Below, one piece after another: positions 44,437 through 54,511 of a DNA stretch of 64,000 bases. Where the stretch lies: NCBI GenBank assembly GCA_965240325.2, contig OZ251223.1, positions 4,092,001 to 4,156,000 on the forward strand. The letters are read 5' to 3'. The position numbers and the translations under genes were made by a program. Each line of letters starts with the position of its first letter. Within the stretch, counting starts at the first letter, position 1. Source of the DNA: Rebecca billardiae RCC1528. Lineage: Eukaryota > Protista > Haptophyta. The notes under the pieces were generated by a model that searched no databases, had not been told where the DNA came from, and worked only from the letters and a program-made list of their open reading frames with translations.

Positions 44437-47400
44437 TTACCGCGCGCGCGTCGGGTGTCGGTCCACCATGATGGCGTCGACGTGCCGCTTGAACGTCGCA
44501 CCGTCCGTCGCCTTCGTCATGATGTCAGAGTGGTTGAGCGAGGTGTGTACCTTGACCACCTTCACCTTGCCACCCTCCTGCGCGTCACGCACATAGTGAT
44601 GCTTGATCTCGATGTGCTTCGAGCGCTTGTGGTGCACAGGATTCTCCACGAGGTCGATAGCCCCCTTGTTGTCCTCTCGCACCTCCGTCGCGGCCCGCGG
44701 CGGCTGCCGCATGGACTCGAGTATGCTCCGCAAGTAGCTCACCTCGCGGCAGCAATCGCTCAGCGCGACGTACTCCGCCTCCGTCGAGCTCAGCGAGACT
44801 GTACCTTGCAGCCCGCTGTGCCACGACACCGGCGCCCCATTGTAGAACACAATGTATCCACCCGTCGACCTGCCCTTGGTCTCCACCGGATTGCTTGCCC
44901 AATCGGAGTCAGCGAAAGCAAGTAGGTCGGGGTGCTCGGAATCTGTCGCAAACTTGAACAAGATTCCCAATCGCGGGCATCCACGTAAGTAGCGCAGCAC
45001 GCGCTTCGCACTTACCAGATCCACCGCCCGCGGACATGACATGCGTCGCGTCAGCATGTTCACCGCGTGCGCGATGTCCGGCCGCGCCGTGACCATCGCA
45101 AACATGAGACATCCCACCATCGCCTGGTAGTTCTCAATCTCCGCGCGCTGCAGCAACGCCTCGTCGTCGTCGCTCAGCTGCGCCCGCGCCGCCGGCTCCG
45201 GCGTGCGCGCCGGCGTGCTTGCGTTCAAACCGAACCGCTGAAGCACGCTCTCGACGTACGGCCCCAGATGCATCAGGATGCCGTCGTCATGAACTTCAAA
45301 CACGGCGCCCAGGAACTTATCGAGCCGCTCACTCAGCTTGATCTCGTAGTGCTCCTTCAGGTCAGCCGCCAGCTTCTCCACCGCGCGCGCGTCGCGCGTC
45401 AGGTTGAGAAACAGCAAGTCGTCGACAAAGCCGCCCGCGATGATGAACTCGCCCGGCGCCGACTCCTTGACGTAGATGCACGGCGCACTCGGACACTCCG
45501 AGAAGCCGCGCGCGAGCAGCTGGGTGCGGTGCGTGCGATGCCACGCGCGCCCAGACTGGCGTAGGCCCGGATACGCCTTCAGGCTCCGGCCCACGACTTT
45601 GTACCCCGGCGGCGCCTGCGTGCTCGGCACGTAGCCCGGCGGGAATGAGAAGAGAGGCCGCTCATCCGGCTTCAACTCCGAGTTGAGGTACGCGTCCTTG
45701 ACGTCGCCCTTCGACAGTATGCCCAGCGCCGCAACCGACGCTGCACCCAAGTCGACTCTCGCGCCCGCCTGCTGAGCGGCGATCGCCACGAGTAGTCGCA
45801 CTTGTTCCGGCCGGATCGTCGGAGCAAAGACCTCCTGAAAGTCGATCCCCGGCCGCTGTAGGTTCCCCAGTAGCACCGACCGCGCCTTGAAGCGCGTCAC
45901 CTCGCCCTCCGGGTTCGACTTCACGTCAAAGACCCACTGGCTCGGCAACAGCCGCGTGCCCTCCGGAACCACCACCTCCTCCGAGGTGCCGAGCAACTTG
46001 TGACCTTCCAAGTGCTCGAGCATGGCGCCCTGCCACTGGGGCGCCTCCGCCGACCGCATCGCCTCGCGATAGTTCGTCGGCACCTTCACGTTGATCTTCT
46101 GGAACACCGACGCGGCGCTGACGACGGCAGTAAGCAGCTGCGGCCGTCGGCGCGATGTCCGATCCCTGCGAAGCGGATCGTGTCCCATATCCAGACCGGG
46201 CGGCGGCGCGTCCTCGATCACGCCGTCGTCACCGTCTGCGCCGCGCGGCGACCCGCCAGCATCTGCTGCGGTCCCGCGCAGTGATTCCGTCGGCGGTATC
46301 TGATCCTGCCGACCCGGCTGCGTCATCGACGCGCCTGCCCCGCCACGCCCGCCCTGCGGCGTCGGCGTCGACGGCTGTGCGCCCGCGCTGCTGCACCCGC
46401 GTTGTCCCGCGTCCACGCTGCTGCGCCCGCGCCCCGACGTTGACGCATCTGCGTCGTCGTCGTACCCGACGTCGAACTCTGTCGCGTCGTCATTCCCGGC
46501 GTCGGCTGGCGTCTCGCCACCGTCGCCGTCCTCGTCCTCACCGTCGGCGTCACCGCCGACTGGACGATGTCCGCCGCTTACCGCGGCGCCGTCACCATCA
46601 CCCACGTACGCGCCACCGTCAGGTGCGCCCAGCGACGAGTGCCCCCCCTCGACCAGGTCGGTCTCGTCGATGCGTACGTCACGTGAGTGAACGAGACGTC
46701 CGTCGTCTAAACGACATACGTACCCGAGTACGTAGCGCCATGTACCGCGCCACTGCACGCCGTGCCCACCCCAGAGATAGACACGTCCGGGTAGTGCGCG
46801 CTGCCTCAGCTGCCCCAATGCATTGCGCCGTGCGCCCAGCATCAGCACGCGGCAGCGCGCTCCAAACGCCACGTGATGCTTCCACGTCGGGCGTTTGCCA
46901 AAGAACAGCTCATCCGGCGTGAGCCACTCAATGTCTCCATCGTCACGAATAATACCACGTGACGCCAGTCGATTGCGCGACGCGCATGCGTGCCACGCCG
47001 CGTAGTGCCAATCGACCCTCGAGACTCCACGCGCAACGACCGTGGCGCGCAGTCTCGACTTCAGCGTGCGGATAGCGCGTTCCGCCACGCCATTCGAGCT
47101 CGGCGAGTCGGGAGCCGACGTGACCGTCGACGAGAACCCAAGCTTCGCCAGCTCACCCTCGACGTACGTACTCAGCAACGTCGAGCCACCGTCGGTGTGA
47201 ATATGGCGTCGCGCCATAGTACACCCCGACGCCAGGACCCAATGCGACATGTGCATGGCCCCTGTTCCAAGCAACTGCGCGTACCAGCGGAATGCCCGAC
47301 CAACCTCGGCGTCATCCAAGCTGCGTAGCGCGTACACTTGCCATCGACGTGAATGCCCATCGATGAATATGATCCCATGAGGATACCCTCCACGTGCGCC

Positions 47401-47721
47401 ATCGGCCCCAACTGGTAAGTCGATCCGCGCCATAGAGAAGATGTCGACGTGCGTCACCTGCCCAGGGTAGTGCGCCGTCGGCATCGCGTCCGCGAACGAC
47501 CGCCGCGTCATGCCCGCCGCCGACTGCTCGTCGAGCGACTCACGCCGCGCGTTCGCCCCCTCCATCCCCTCGGCCACGCGTCGCGTGCGCTCGAGTAGAC
47601 GTTGGTCATTGGTGCCCGTTCGAACCGACCAAGTGCGCAACCACGCCGGATCAGCGCCTCGCGCCGCCTCCGTAGTGTTTGTGGTTCGCACCTGCGCGGG
47701 TTCCGGGCTTAGGCGTTTGGG
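44437..47721 (-). CDS. pol: Copia pol (integrase, RT, RNase H) in the -1 frame relative to gag-PR
   Basis: IN: VTHVDIF, HTDGG, SNGVAERAIRTL. RT: WVFDVK..RFKARSV..GNLQRPGIDF, GLRQSGRAW, FVDDLL. RH: FADSDWA, SSTEAEY, EDNKGAI, RSKHIEIKHHYVRD. Confidence 0.93.
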   Translation of the reverse strand, partial: PKRLSPEPAQVRTTNTTEAARGADPAWLRTWSVRTGTNDQRLLERTRRVAEGMEGANARRESLDEQSAAGMTRRSFADAMPTAHYPGQVTHVDIFSMARIDLPVGADGARGGYPHGIIFIDGHSRRWQVYALRSLDDAEVGRAFRWYAQLLGTGAMHMSHWVLASGCTMARRHIHTDGGSTLLSTYVEGELAKLGFSSTVTSAPDSPSSNGVAERAIRTLKSRLRATVVARGVSRVDWHYAAWHACASRNRLASRGIIRDDGDIEWLTPDELFFGKRPTWKHHVAFGARCRVLMLGARRNALGQLRQRALPGRVYLWGGHGVQWRGTWRYVLGYVCRLDDGRLVHSRDVRIDETDLVEGGHSSLGAPDGGAYVGDGDGAAVSGGHRPVGGDADGEDEDGDGGETPADAGNDDATEFDVGYDDDADASTSGRGRSSVDAGQRGCSSAGAQPSTPTPQGGRGGAGASMTQPGRQDQIPPTESLRGTAADAGGSPRGADGDDGVIEDAPPPGLDMGHDPLRRDRTSRRRPQLLTAVVSAASVFQKINVKVPTNYREAMRSAEAPQWQGAMLEHLEGHKLLGTSEEVVVPEGTRLLPSQWVFDVKSNPEGEVTRFKARSVLLGNLQRPGIDFQEVFAPTIRPEQVRLLVAIAAQQAGARVDLGAASVAALGILSKGDVKDAYLNSELKPDERPLFSFPPGYVPSTQAPPGYKVVGRSLKAYPGLRQSGRAWHRTHRTQLLARGFSECPSAPCIYVKESAPGEFIIAGGFVDDLLFLNLTRDARAVEKLAADLKEHYEIKLSERLDKFLGAVFEVHDDGILMHLGPYVESVLQRFGLNASTPARTPEPAARAQLSDDDEALLQRAEIENYQAMVGCLMFAMVTARPDIAHAVNMLTRRMSCPRAVDLVSAKRVLRYLRGCPRLGILFKFATDSEHPDLLAFADSDWASNPVETKGRSTGGYIVFYNGAPVSWHSGLQGTVSLSSTEAEYVALSDCCREVSYLRSILESMRQPPRAATEVREDNKGAIDLVENPVHHKRSKHIEIKHHYVRDAQEGGKVKVVKVHTSLNHSDIMTKATDGATFKRHVDAIMVDRHPTRAR

Positions 47722-50333
47722 GGCGGCGCAGCGCCAACGCGCCCCCGCCCCGCGCCCACGCGCCGCACTGGCGCCCTGCGCCGTGCGCGCGCCTCCGCCG
47801 GCGCATCGCCGACGTCCGGCCCCACCTGGCGCCGTACGATCTCGGCGCGCAGCGTGGAATCGCGCGGCAGCTGCACGACGCCGCCTCCCAGCGCCGTAAA
47901 GTCCGCAGTGTTGCCGCGCTGCGAGTAGTGGAACTCGATGCCTGCGTCCGCGCAGTGCTCGACCGACAGCAGCGGCGCCGTGACGCGCCGCGACGCCCAC
48001 GCCTCGATCTCGAGCGTGAGGACCTTGTCGCTGTCGTCGTCCGCCGCAAGCTTGACCACCAGGGTCCCGCGGTGAGTGACCCGCTCCCGCGCACCGTTCC
48101 CCCACTCGATCTGACATGCGCCGTCCACCGGGGTAAGATTCGTCAAATCCTCGGCCATGGCGATGTTCTTCCGTGCGCCAGTGTCAAACACCAACGCCCG
48201 CGTGTTGTCCTCCGGCGGCGCCACGCGTGCCTCGGCCGCCCGCGCCGCGACGATCTCGATGTCCTCGTCGCGCTGCGCCCTGCCGCCGATAGCCGCGCCA
48301 ATAGGCGCCAAGCCGAGTCCGGCGCCGGCGCCGCCGCCGTCTCCGGCGTCAGCGTCACCGTCGCCACCAACGGCGCCGTCGGGCTCGTCACCCTGCTCGG
48401 GTGCGAACGCGACCTGCGTGCGGACCGTGCCGCCGCCGTTGCCATTCCCGACCACGGCGCGGGTGCTGCCCCCCGCACCGCCGCCGCCACCGCCACCGCC
48501 GCTCCGATGTGAGCCACGGCTGCGATCCGACCGCGTCGACGCCGCGTCATCGCCAGCGTTCGAGTCGCGATCAGCCTGCGTCACCTGCGGGCAGTAACGC
48601 TTGATGTGCCCCACGGCGCCGCACTTGTAGCAGCGCGGCCCGTGCGCGTCGTCGGAGTCGCCGTGGCCTCCGCGGCCGGTGCCGCGGCCAGCACCGCCGC
48701 CACCGCCGCCGCCGCGACCTCCGCCGCCGCCACCACGGCCAGCCGGCGACGTCGCGTCGCCGCCGCCGCCACCACCCGCCGACGCCGCCGCCGCCTGCGC
48801 CAGGCGGAGCCCGTCGATTGGGTGCGCGCGGGTAGCGCCGCCGCCTCCTGGCGTGCGGCCACCCGCCCCTGGGCGCCCAGGGCCGCCGCGGTCAATCCGC
48901 TTGCCCTTGGAGAAGTCCCAGTCCTCGAACTTGCCGTTGAGCTCGTGCACGAGCTCCTGCACGTCGAAGTTCGTCACGGTCCTGTAGTCCTTCGACTCGT
49001 ACCGCGTCCGCATCTCGATGCCCGCGCCCACCGACGGAATGAACTCGATGAGCCGCGCAAGCATCTCCGCCGCTGGCGCTGCGTCACTCAGCTCCTGCAG
49101 CAGCACGTGGTTGTGCTGTAGCACCTGGAAGAGCTCGAGTGCGCCGACGCCGTCCTTGCCGCAGTCCGGCAGGACCGTCCGATGCCAGCGTGCCCGCACC
49201 GACATGTACTTCCGCATGTCGTCGGGCTTGCGCATGCGCAGGATCGCCTTCCACAGGTACAGGAACTCACGCCCCGGCGTAAGTGCGCCCAGGCGCGCGC
49301 GCTCCTCCTGCACCTCCGGCTGCGTCTCCATGAGGCGGTTGATGTGCTGCCACGCAGCCTCCGTCACCCACGACCGCAGCTCGGTGCGTAAGAAAGCCGT
49401 CCCTTTCTCGTACTGCGCCCCGGCGTACTTGGCGGGGTCCGCCTCGTCGCCGTCCGGCGCTGCCTCCAACACGCTCTGTCGGAGCTTGATGTCCAGCATG
49501 GCGTGCTCGCTCGCCTGCCGCTCATACATCTGTTCCTCGGTCTCGCGCTCGCGGCGGTAGAGCTCGCGCGCGCGCGGATCGAGCGTCACGGCAGCGCCGC
49601 CCGCGGGCGCCGCGCCACCGATCCCGCCGGCGCCGCCCGTAGGCACCGCGCCGACGCCGGCGCCGCCCACAGGCGTCGCGCCGTCAGTCCCAGCCGGCGC
49701 ACCTGCCGCGCCGCCTGTGCCCACACCCGGACCGGGTGTACCGGCCGCCGGACCCGGAAAAATTCCGGATCCGCCGCCCGCCGCCGGACCTGAACCCGGT
49801 CCGGTCGCCGTCGGGCCGCCCGGAGTGGCTAAACCACTCCCCGCGCCCGCCGAGGCAGCCTGCGCGTAGCTTGGCGCCTGCCTCGCCCCCGCCGCCGCCG
49901 CCGCGCGTTCCGCCGCGGCCCGGCGCTCGGCGTGCTCGCGGCGCTCGTGCTCGTGGCGATGATCGAGCAGCCGCTGCTGCAGCGCGTAGTTCTCACGCGC
50001 CAGGTCCATCCGCTCGGCACTGACCTTGATCATCTTCGCCGCGGATGGGTTGAATGTCTCCCACGTCGAGTTGTACTCCTCGAGCGTGTTGATGCGGTGC
50101 TCCGCGTTCGGGCCGTGCGTCACGATGATGCCGTTCAGTGCGGACATCGTAGCACCTTGCCCCGCCGGAAGCGCCGCCAGCCTGCTCGCCGATTGCGCGA
50201 GCCAGCGCTGCTGATTGCCCTTGTCGTTGAGCATCCCCACGTCGACCGAGCCGTGCATCCGGCCGCTCGTGCCCATCGGCGCGATCGATGAGAAAGCGCC
50301 GCGCGTACGATCCCTCCCGATCGCTGCATGCAT
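47709..50333 (-). CDS. gag: Copia gag with CCHC zinc knuckle and aspartic protease
   Basis: CYKCGAVGHIKRYC; protease LVFDTGARKNI..WGNG..GTL..APLLSV. Stops at TAA 47709-47711. Confidence 0.9.
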   Translation of the reverse strand: MHAAIGRDRTRGAFSSIAPMGTSGRMHGSVDVGMLNDKGNQQRWLAQSASRLAALPAGQGATMSALNGIIVTHGPNAEHRINTLEEYNSTWETFNPSAAKMIKVSAERMDLARENYALQQRLLDHRHEHERREHAERRAAAERAAAAAGARQAPSYAQAASAGAGSGLATPGGPTATGPGSGPAAGGGSGIFPGPAAGTPGPGVGTGGAAGAPAGTDGATPVGGAGVGAVPTGGAGGIGGAAPAGGAAVTLDPRARELYRRERETEEQMYERQASEHAMLDIKLRQSVLEAAPDGDEADPAKYAGAQYEKGTAFLRTELRSWVTEAAWQHINRLMETQPEVQEERARLGALTPGREFLYLWKAILRMRKPDDMRKYMSVRARWHRTVLPDCGKDGVGALELFQVLQHNHVLLQELSDAAPAAEMLARLIEFIPSVGAGIEMRTRYESKDYRTVTNFDVQELVHELNGKFEDWDFSKGKRIDRGGPGRPGAGGRTPGGGGATRAHPIDGLRLAQAAAASAGGGGGGDATSPAGRGGGGGGRGGGGGGGAGRGTGRGGHGDSDDAHGPRCYKCGAVGHIKRYCPQVTQADRDSNAGDDAASTRSDRSRGSHRSGGGGGGGGAGGSTRAVVGNGNGGGTVRTQVAFAPEQGDEPDGAVGGDGDADAGDGGGAGAGLGLAPIGAAIGGRAQRDEDIEIVAARAAEARVAPPEDNTRALVFDTGARKNIAMAEDLTNLTPVDGACQIEWGNGARERVTHRGTLVVKLAADDDSDKVLTLEIEAWASRRVTAPLLSVEHCADAGIEFHYSQRGNTADFTALGGGVVQLPRDSTLRAEIVRRQVGPDVGDAPAEARARRRAPVRRVGAGRGRVGAAPPPNA
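47715..47721 (-). other. Predicted -1 ribosomal frameshift slippery site C_CCA_AAC
   Basis: Minus strand CCC CCA AAC GCC TAA is an X_XXY_YYZ heptamer in the gag frame, one codon before the stop. The -1 frame reads P-K-R-L into integrase. Confidence 0.75.
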
Positions 50334-51053
50334 ATTGGGTAAACGCGAGCTCCGAGCGTCTCGAGCCCTGCTAAAAGCTCACCGGCACGTCCTCGGGCGC
50401 GTCGTCGGTGACGCCCACGAAGGCAATCTCGACCCTCGCTCCTCTGACGAGCGAAGCTAATCCTCCTGCCGCAACCAACTTTCGGTTGCGCAGGGTGACA
50501 CGGCGTTTTGCGGCCCGGCTCGGGAATCTTGTAACCTTCCTGAGCCCCGCTTCCGTGCGTCCGCCAATCGCAGGCGTTACCGACGCACCGCCGTAAGCTC
50601 ATCTTTCCCCCAGGTACTCGGTAATGTCATCGGACCTGGGTAAGCTGCGCACGGACCCATGATCCCGGATTCTCGATTCTCAAAACTGAGAATCCGGGCG
50701 TCCATGAATGAAGTGATCGAGTCCGTTGTTCCTTGGACTCTTCCACGATGGCGCCCGCCTGTGCCGCCGGCGTGCCATCCGTGCCGCGTGCGCCGGGCCG
50801 TACCGCCCGCGCACGCGCCGCGTCCGTGTCGCTCCGCGTCCGCGCTGCCGCGTCCGCGCTCCGCGTCCACGTCGCTCCGCGCCAGCGCTGCTGCGCTCGC
50901 GCTCCTGCCGCCGCGCGCGCCGCGCGCGCGCGCCGCCAGAGCCAGCCACTGCGTAGCTGATGCCGCCGGCCCGCCTGGTGCGGCGCCGGCCCTGACGCCC
51001 CAGCGGCGACGCCATCTGCTGAGATGCGCGCCCCAGGCTGCGTCAGCTCAACA
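50333..51053 (-). repeat. 5' LTR
   Basis: Direct repeat of 43680-44400. Confidence 0.96.
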
Positions 51054-51054
51054 A

Positions 51055-51055
<1 letters not shown>

Positions 51056-51110
<55 letters not shown>
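51056..51110. repeat. (TTA)n microsatellite, about 18 units, overlapping the right TSD
   Basis: Perfect tta run. Confidence 0.95.
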
Positions 51111-51113
<3 letters not shown>

Positions 51114-51790
51114 GTTATTTAGTCATGGTCATGCCTCATTAGGACCTTATAGGAGTGTCATTCAACTCGCAGGCTATACCAGTATTATTGTGATAACAGT
51201 CCGACTTGCTGCTTTACTCAGGCTATAGCACGTAACTGATAGATGCGACTACGTGACCGTGTCTCTCACTCTCAGTCAGGCGCGTTCGATCCGGATGATA
51301 ATCATTATTGATATATATTCACGGATGATGACCCGAGGTCCAGGACCGCCAGGCCGGCTGCCAGGCCGCTGCTGAGGTGGCAGGTTTCGTCCGCGTCTGC
51401 TCCGATCAGATCATCATTGACGCGATGATCGAAGCGAATAACTATGATACTACAGCATCATCACTCATGTGTGCACATGTTTGTGTGTATCAGTGTCTAA
51501 GCATGGGGCCTGCGCAGTGCAGTGGGCGCTCAGCCCGACGCCACTGTCTTGTGACTTGAGTCTGAGTGATGCTGCCGAGAAATCAAAATACGGTAGTGGA
51601 AAACTCAATAAAACGATTTTCCGAACAAAAGTACCTAAAACTCGTCTGAGGTCTGTGGCGCTGCTGGCGAGCGCCTGGTGCGCTGCGCTCATCAAGGTGG
51701 TCAGGACTCAGGAGCAAGGCCCTGCTGGGAGGCTGCTTTGCTGGTGGGCAGCAGGGGGCGCCATACCTTGGCGCCAACCCCCCTGGGAAG

Positions 51791-52588
51791 ATGGCGCCGC
51801 GGGCCAAGAGCCTGCGCTCGGAGATCAATGAGGATGAGAACTACAGTCGTGTCCTGCGAATCCTCATCTTCGCGTCCGCTGGCACCTGCGTGACATTCTT
51901 CTTGGCACTCGCGATCGCGATCGGGCCGGGCATCGACTGGGGGCTCAACTACGAGGAGACAGTGTGCACGATTGACGAGGTGTACACATCAGGGCGGGTT
52001 GAATGCGAGCTGCCAGGCCGCGAACGCTCCGGCCCGAACGACGACGGGCTGCACGAGGTCCCGTGTGTCACTGTGCGGGTGAACTACACCAACTCGACCG
52101 GCTCCGAATTCTACATCGAGAGAGCGCTGCCAAACCGCGAGGTGCTCGGGGCGGAGATCTCGAACGGCGGCGACCGGGCTCAGTACACGTCTTCTGACTA
52201 CATTGGCCCGCCCATCCCCACACCGAGCGATGAGATCGACCTGCGCCGAAGGTCGGTGCTCAACCGCCGGCTGGGCACAACACGGTACTGCACGTTCCTC
52301 GACTGCCGCTCGAGCTTTGACGAGGCGCAGAGCATCGCCGACGAGATCGCCTCGCGATACCAGTACGGCATGAAGGTGCCCTGCTGGTACTACGTCCCAT
52401 TCCAGGACCTCGCCGGCCAGCCGGCGTACGTCGTGCTCAACCAGGTGCAGTCCGACGAGGAGGTGTTTGCATGGACGATCGCCAGCTCCGTCGGGCTGCT
52501 GCTGACGTGGCCATGCTGCATCTTCCTCTGCTGCCGGGAGTGGTGGTGCCGATGCCCTCAGCCCTTGCGCCGGCTGCAGTACTTTTAA
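51791..52588 (+). CDS. Two-TM protein with Cys-rich loop, resembling BK (Slo) channel beta subunits
   Basis: TM1 (ILIFASAGTCVTFFLALAIAIGP), ETVCTI, PCVTVRVNYT, YCTFLDC, VPCWY, then TM2 and a Cys cluster. Topology and Cys spacing resemble the KCNMB/CaKB family. Confidence 0.6.
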   Translation: MAPRAKSLRSEINEDENYSRVLRILIFASAGTCVTFFLALAIAIGPGIDWGLNYEETVCTIDEVYTSGRVECELPGRERSGPNDDGLHEVPCVTVRVNYTNSTGSEFYIERALPNREVLGAEISNGGDRAQYTSSDYIGPPIPTPSDEIDLRRRSVLNRRLGTTRYCTFLDCRSSFDEAQSIADEIASRYQYGMKVPCWYYVPFQDLAGQPAYVVLNQVQSDEEVFAWTIASSVGLLLTWPCCIFLCCREWWCRCPQPLRRLQYF

Positions 52589-53579
52589 GGCTCGGCGGCC
52601 GGCGCCCGCATCGCGGGCGCCGTCGCTTCACAGGTGAGAGGAGACGACGGCAGTGAGCAGGTACGCCTTGCGTCCATTCATCTGATGGCCCCGGGGCCGG
52701 GGTCAACTCATACTGCTGGGCTGCAGGCGGCCTGCAGGCGGCCTTTAAAGGACTACGACTGCGCTAGATGCTGAAGCCAGTAGCGGCGGTCGAAGCTAGG
52801 CCCGATGCCGCCAGCACTGACGCGAGTAGGATGAGACGGCTCGCTCACTGGCCGTTCGATTAGCCGTGGCGGCTCGGCGCTGTTCAGTGTTCGACGGCTT
52901 CCGCGTCCGTAATAACACAGACACAGTAGTCACACCGGGACTCACACCGGACCCCGACCCGGTGGCACGAATACTACTCTAACAGGCCGGACCGCGGTGC
53001 GGTCTGCCGGACCGGGTCCGGGACCGGCGCCGGAGCCCGGACGCAGACCGCCGCCCCAGCGGCCCCTCGGACCCACGTTGATGTACTCATGACTCATCTA
53101 CTGTAGCAGCCTATAGCGCTATATAGCTAGCTAGCCTCATCATCAAGCAGCTAGGCGGGCTATAAGCATCGTCAACGCGACAATATAGTTATATATAGCG
53201 CCGACGGCCCGTGCCCGTAATGACGGCGGGGCCGTGTTCTGAGTCCGAATAAGACGCTGGGCTGGCCCGCGACGGTCGGGCAACTCGGGCACGCCGTCGG
53301 AGCCCGGCGGCGGCACTCGGCAGTGACTACGGCAGTCGACGTCTCACTCGATCACTGTGAATACGATCACTGATCAGCCGTGCCCGTTATTGTCCCGGCG
53401 CGCGCGATGAATGATGACGATGCTGATGACTCAATTGATGACGACGACGACATCGGCGCTGCGCGGATCGGTGCCAGCGCCGCTCCGGCGGGCTGCGCTG
53501 GCTGCTGGCCACTGGCGGCTGAGTCGACCGCGACAGCGCCCACGGTGGCGTTCCACTCCGCAGCGCGGTCCGCCATTCG

Positions 53580-54428
53580 TCATCCCCGTGCGGTCATGGG
53601 ACGCTGCGCCCAGGGCTTCCCGTTGAAGTCCAGGCCACTCGAGATCTGGGCGATGTTCTCGGCGCACTGGCCGCGGCCTCGCAGCATGTGCTTGTGCTTG
53701 CTGGGGTTGGCCTCTTGCATGCGCGTGAGCGTGGCGCGAGCGTAGAGCCGCTCGACCTCCGCGAGGTTGTACATGGCGCACCCGACGTAGCCGAATGAAT
53801 CGAACGGGTGCCTGAGGCCACCCCCTGCGCTGCTGTCGTTCCTCTCGTCCACGACGCCGTGCAGCTCGTTGCGCTGGTCCACTGACATCTGCAGCGAGCA
53901 GCACTGGCGCATGACGGTCCACGAGCGGAAGTACTGGTGCATCAGGATGTGCTGCGTGGTGCTCAGGTTGAAGAGCTGCGCGATCCTGTCCAGCTCGCAT
54001 GCCCAGCCCTTCTTGCTCACCTCGGCTAGCGATTGCACGCGCACAGCCTGCGCCAGGCGCGCAGTGCGATTCACCTCCCAGTTGTTGTGGCGCTCCCTGA
54101 CGCTCGCGAAGAGGACGACATCGTCGCCAAAGGCCATGCCATCGAATGGGTCTATCAGCGCCTTCCCGTGCGTCTTCACCACCACGGGGATCGGAGCCGC
54201 TGCTCGTTGCTCCAACGCGGTCTGCAGCGCTCTCGGGCCCGAACGCTCATCGACACTCGCGTTGTGCACCAGGGACAATGCTGCCCACAAGAATCGTGTT
54301 TGCAGCGTCGAAGCTGAACGCTTTTGGCCCCACTGGACGAACACCCGCGCTGCCCGAAGTCGTGCCGCCACGCCTTCAGCCGCCAGGACTGCTGGCAGCA
54401 CCATTTGCGCCCAACTGCAGGCCGCCAT
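53580..54428 (-). CDS. Sulfotransferase-like (P-loop PAPS-binding) protein
   Basis: VFVQWGQKRSASTL resembles the 5'-PSB loop (GxxRSGTT); VVVKTH and FASVRE are typical of sulfotransferase-fold proteins. Confidence 0.55.
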   Translation of the reverse strand: MAACSWAQMVLPAVLAAEGVAARLRAARVFVQWGQKRSASTLQTRFLWAALSLVHNASVDERSGPRALQTALEQRAAAPIPVVVKTHGKALIDPFDGMAFGDDVVLFASVRERHNNWEVNRTARLAQAVRVQSLAEVSKKGWACELDRIAQLFNLSTTQHILMHQYFRSWTVMRQCCSLQMSVDQRNELHGVVDERNDSSAGGGLRHPFDSFGYVGCAMYNLAEVERLYARATLTRMQEANPSKHKHMLRGRGQCAENIAQISSGLDFNGKPWAQRPMTARG

Positions 54429-54511
54429 CGTACAAAGTCACCGATCGATCGCGTTCACAGCTCTCGGCCACCCGTCGCCCCGTGCCGCACGGCGCGCGGC
54501 GACGCTGAGCG

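Larger units (their letters stand above)
43680..51053 (-). mobile_element. Full-length Ty1/copia LTR retrotransposon (7374 bp) with 5-bp TSD AGTTA
   Basis: Two 721-bp LTRs that look identical on reading; TSD AGTTA at 43675-43679 and 51054-51058; domain order gag-PR-IN-RT-RH; PPT next to the 3' LTR. Confidence 0.97.

Noticed and set aside
47722-48117. pol ORF start at 48117 in the ORF track
   Set aside because: This stretch overlaps the protease in another frame and has no pol motifs; entry at the slippery site fits better.
50659-51114. ORF ending in poly-Ile
   Set aside because: It is LTR sequence read into the (TTA)n microsatellite.
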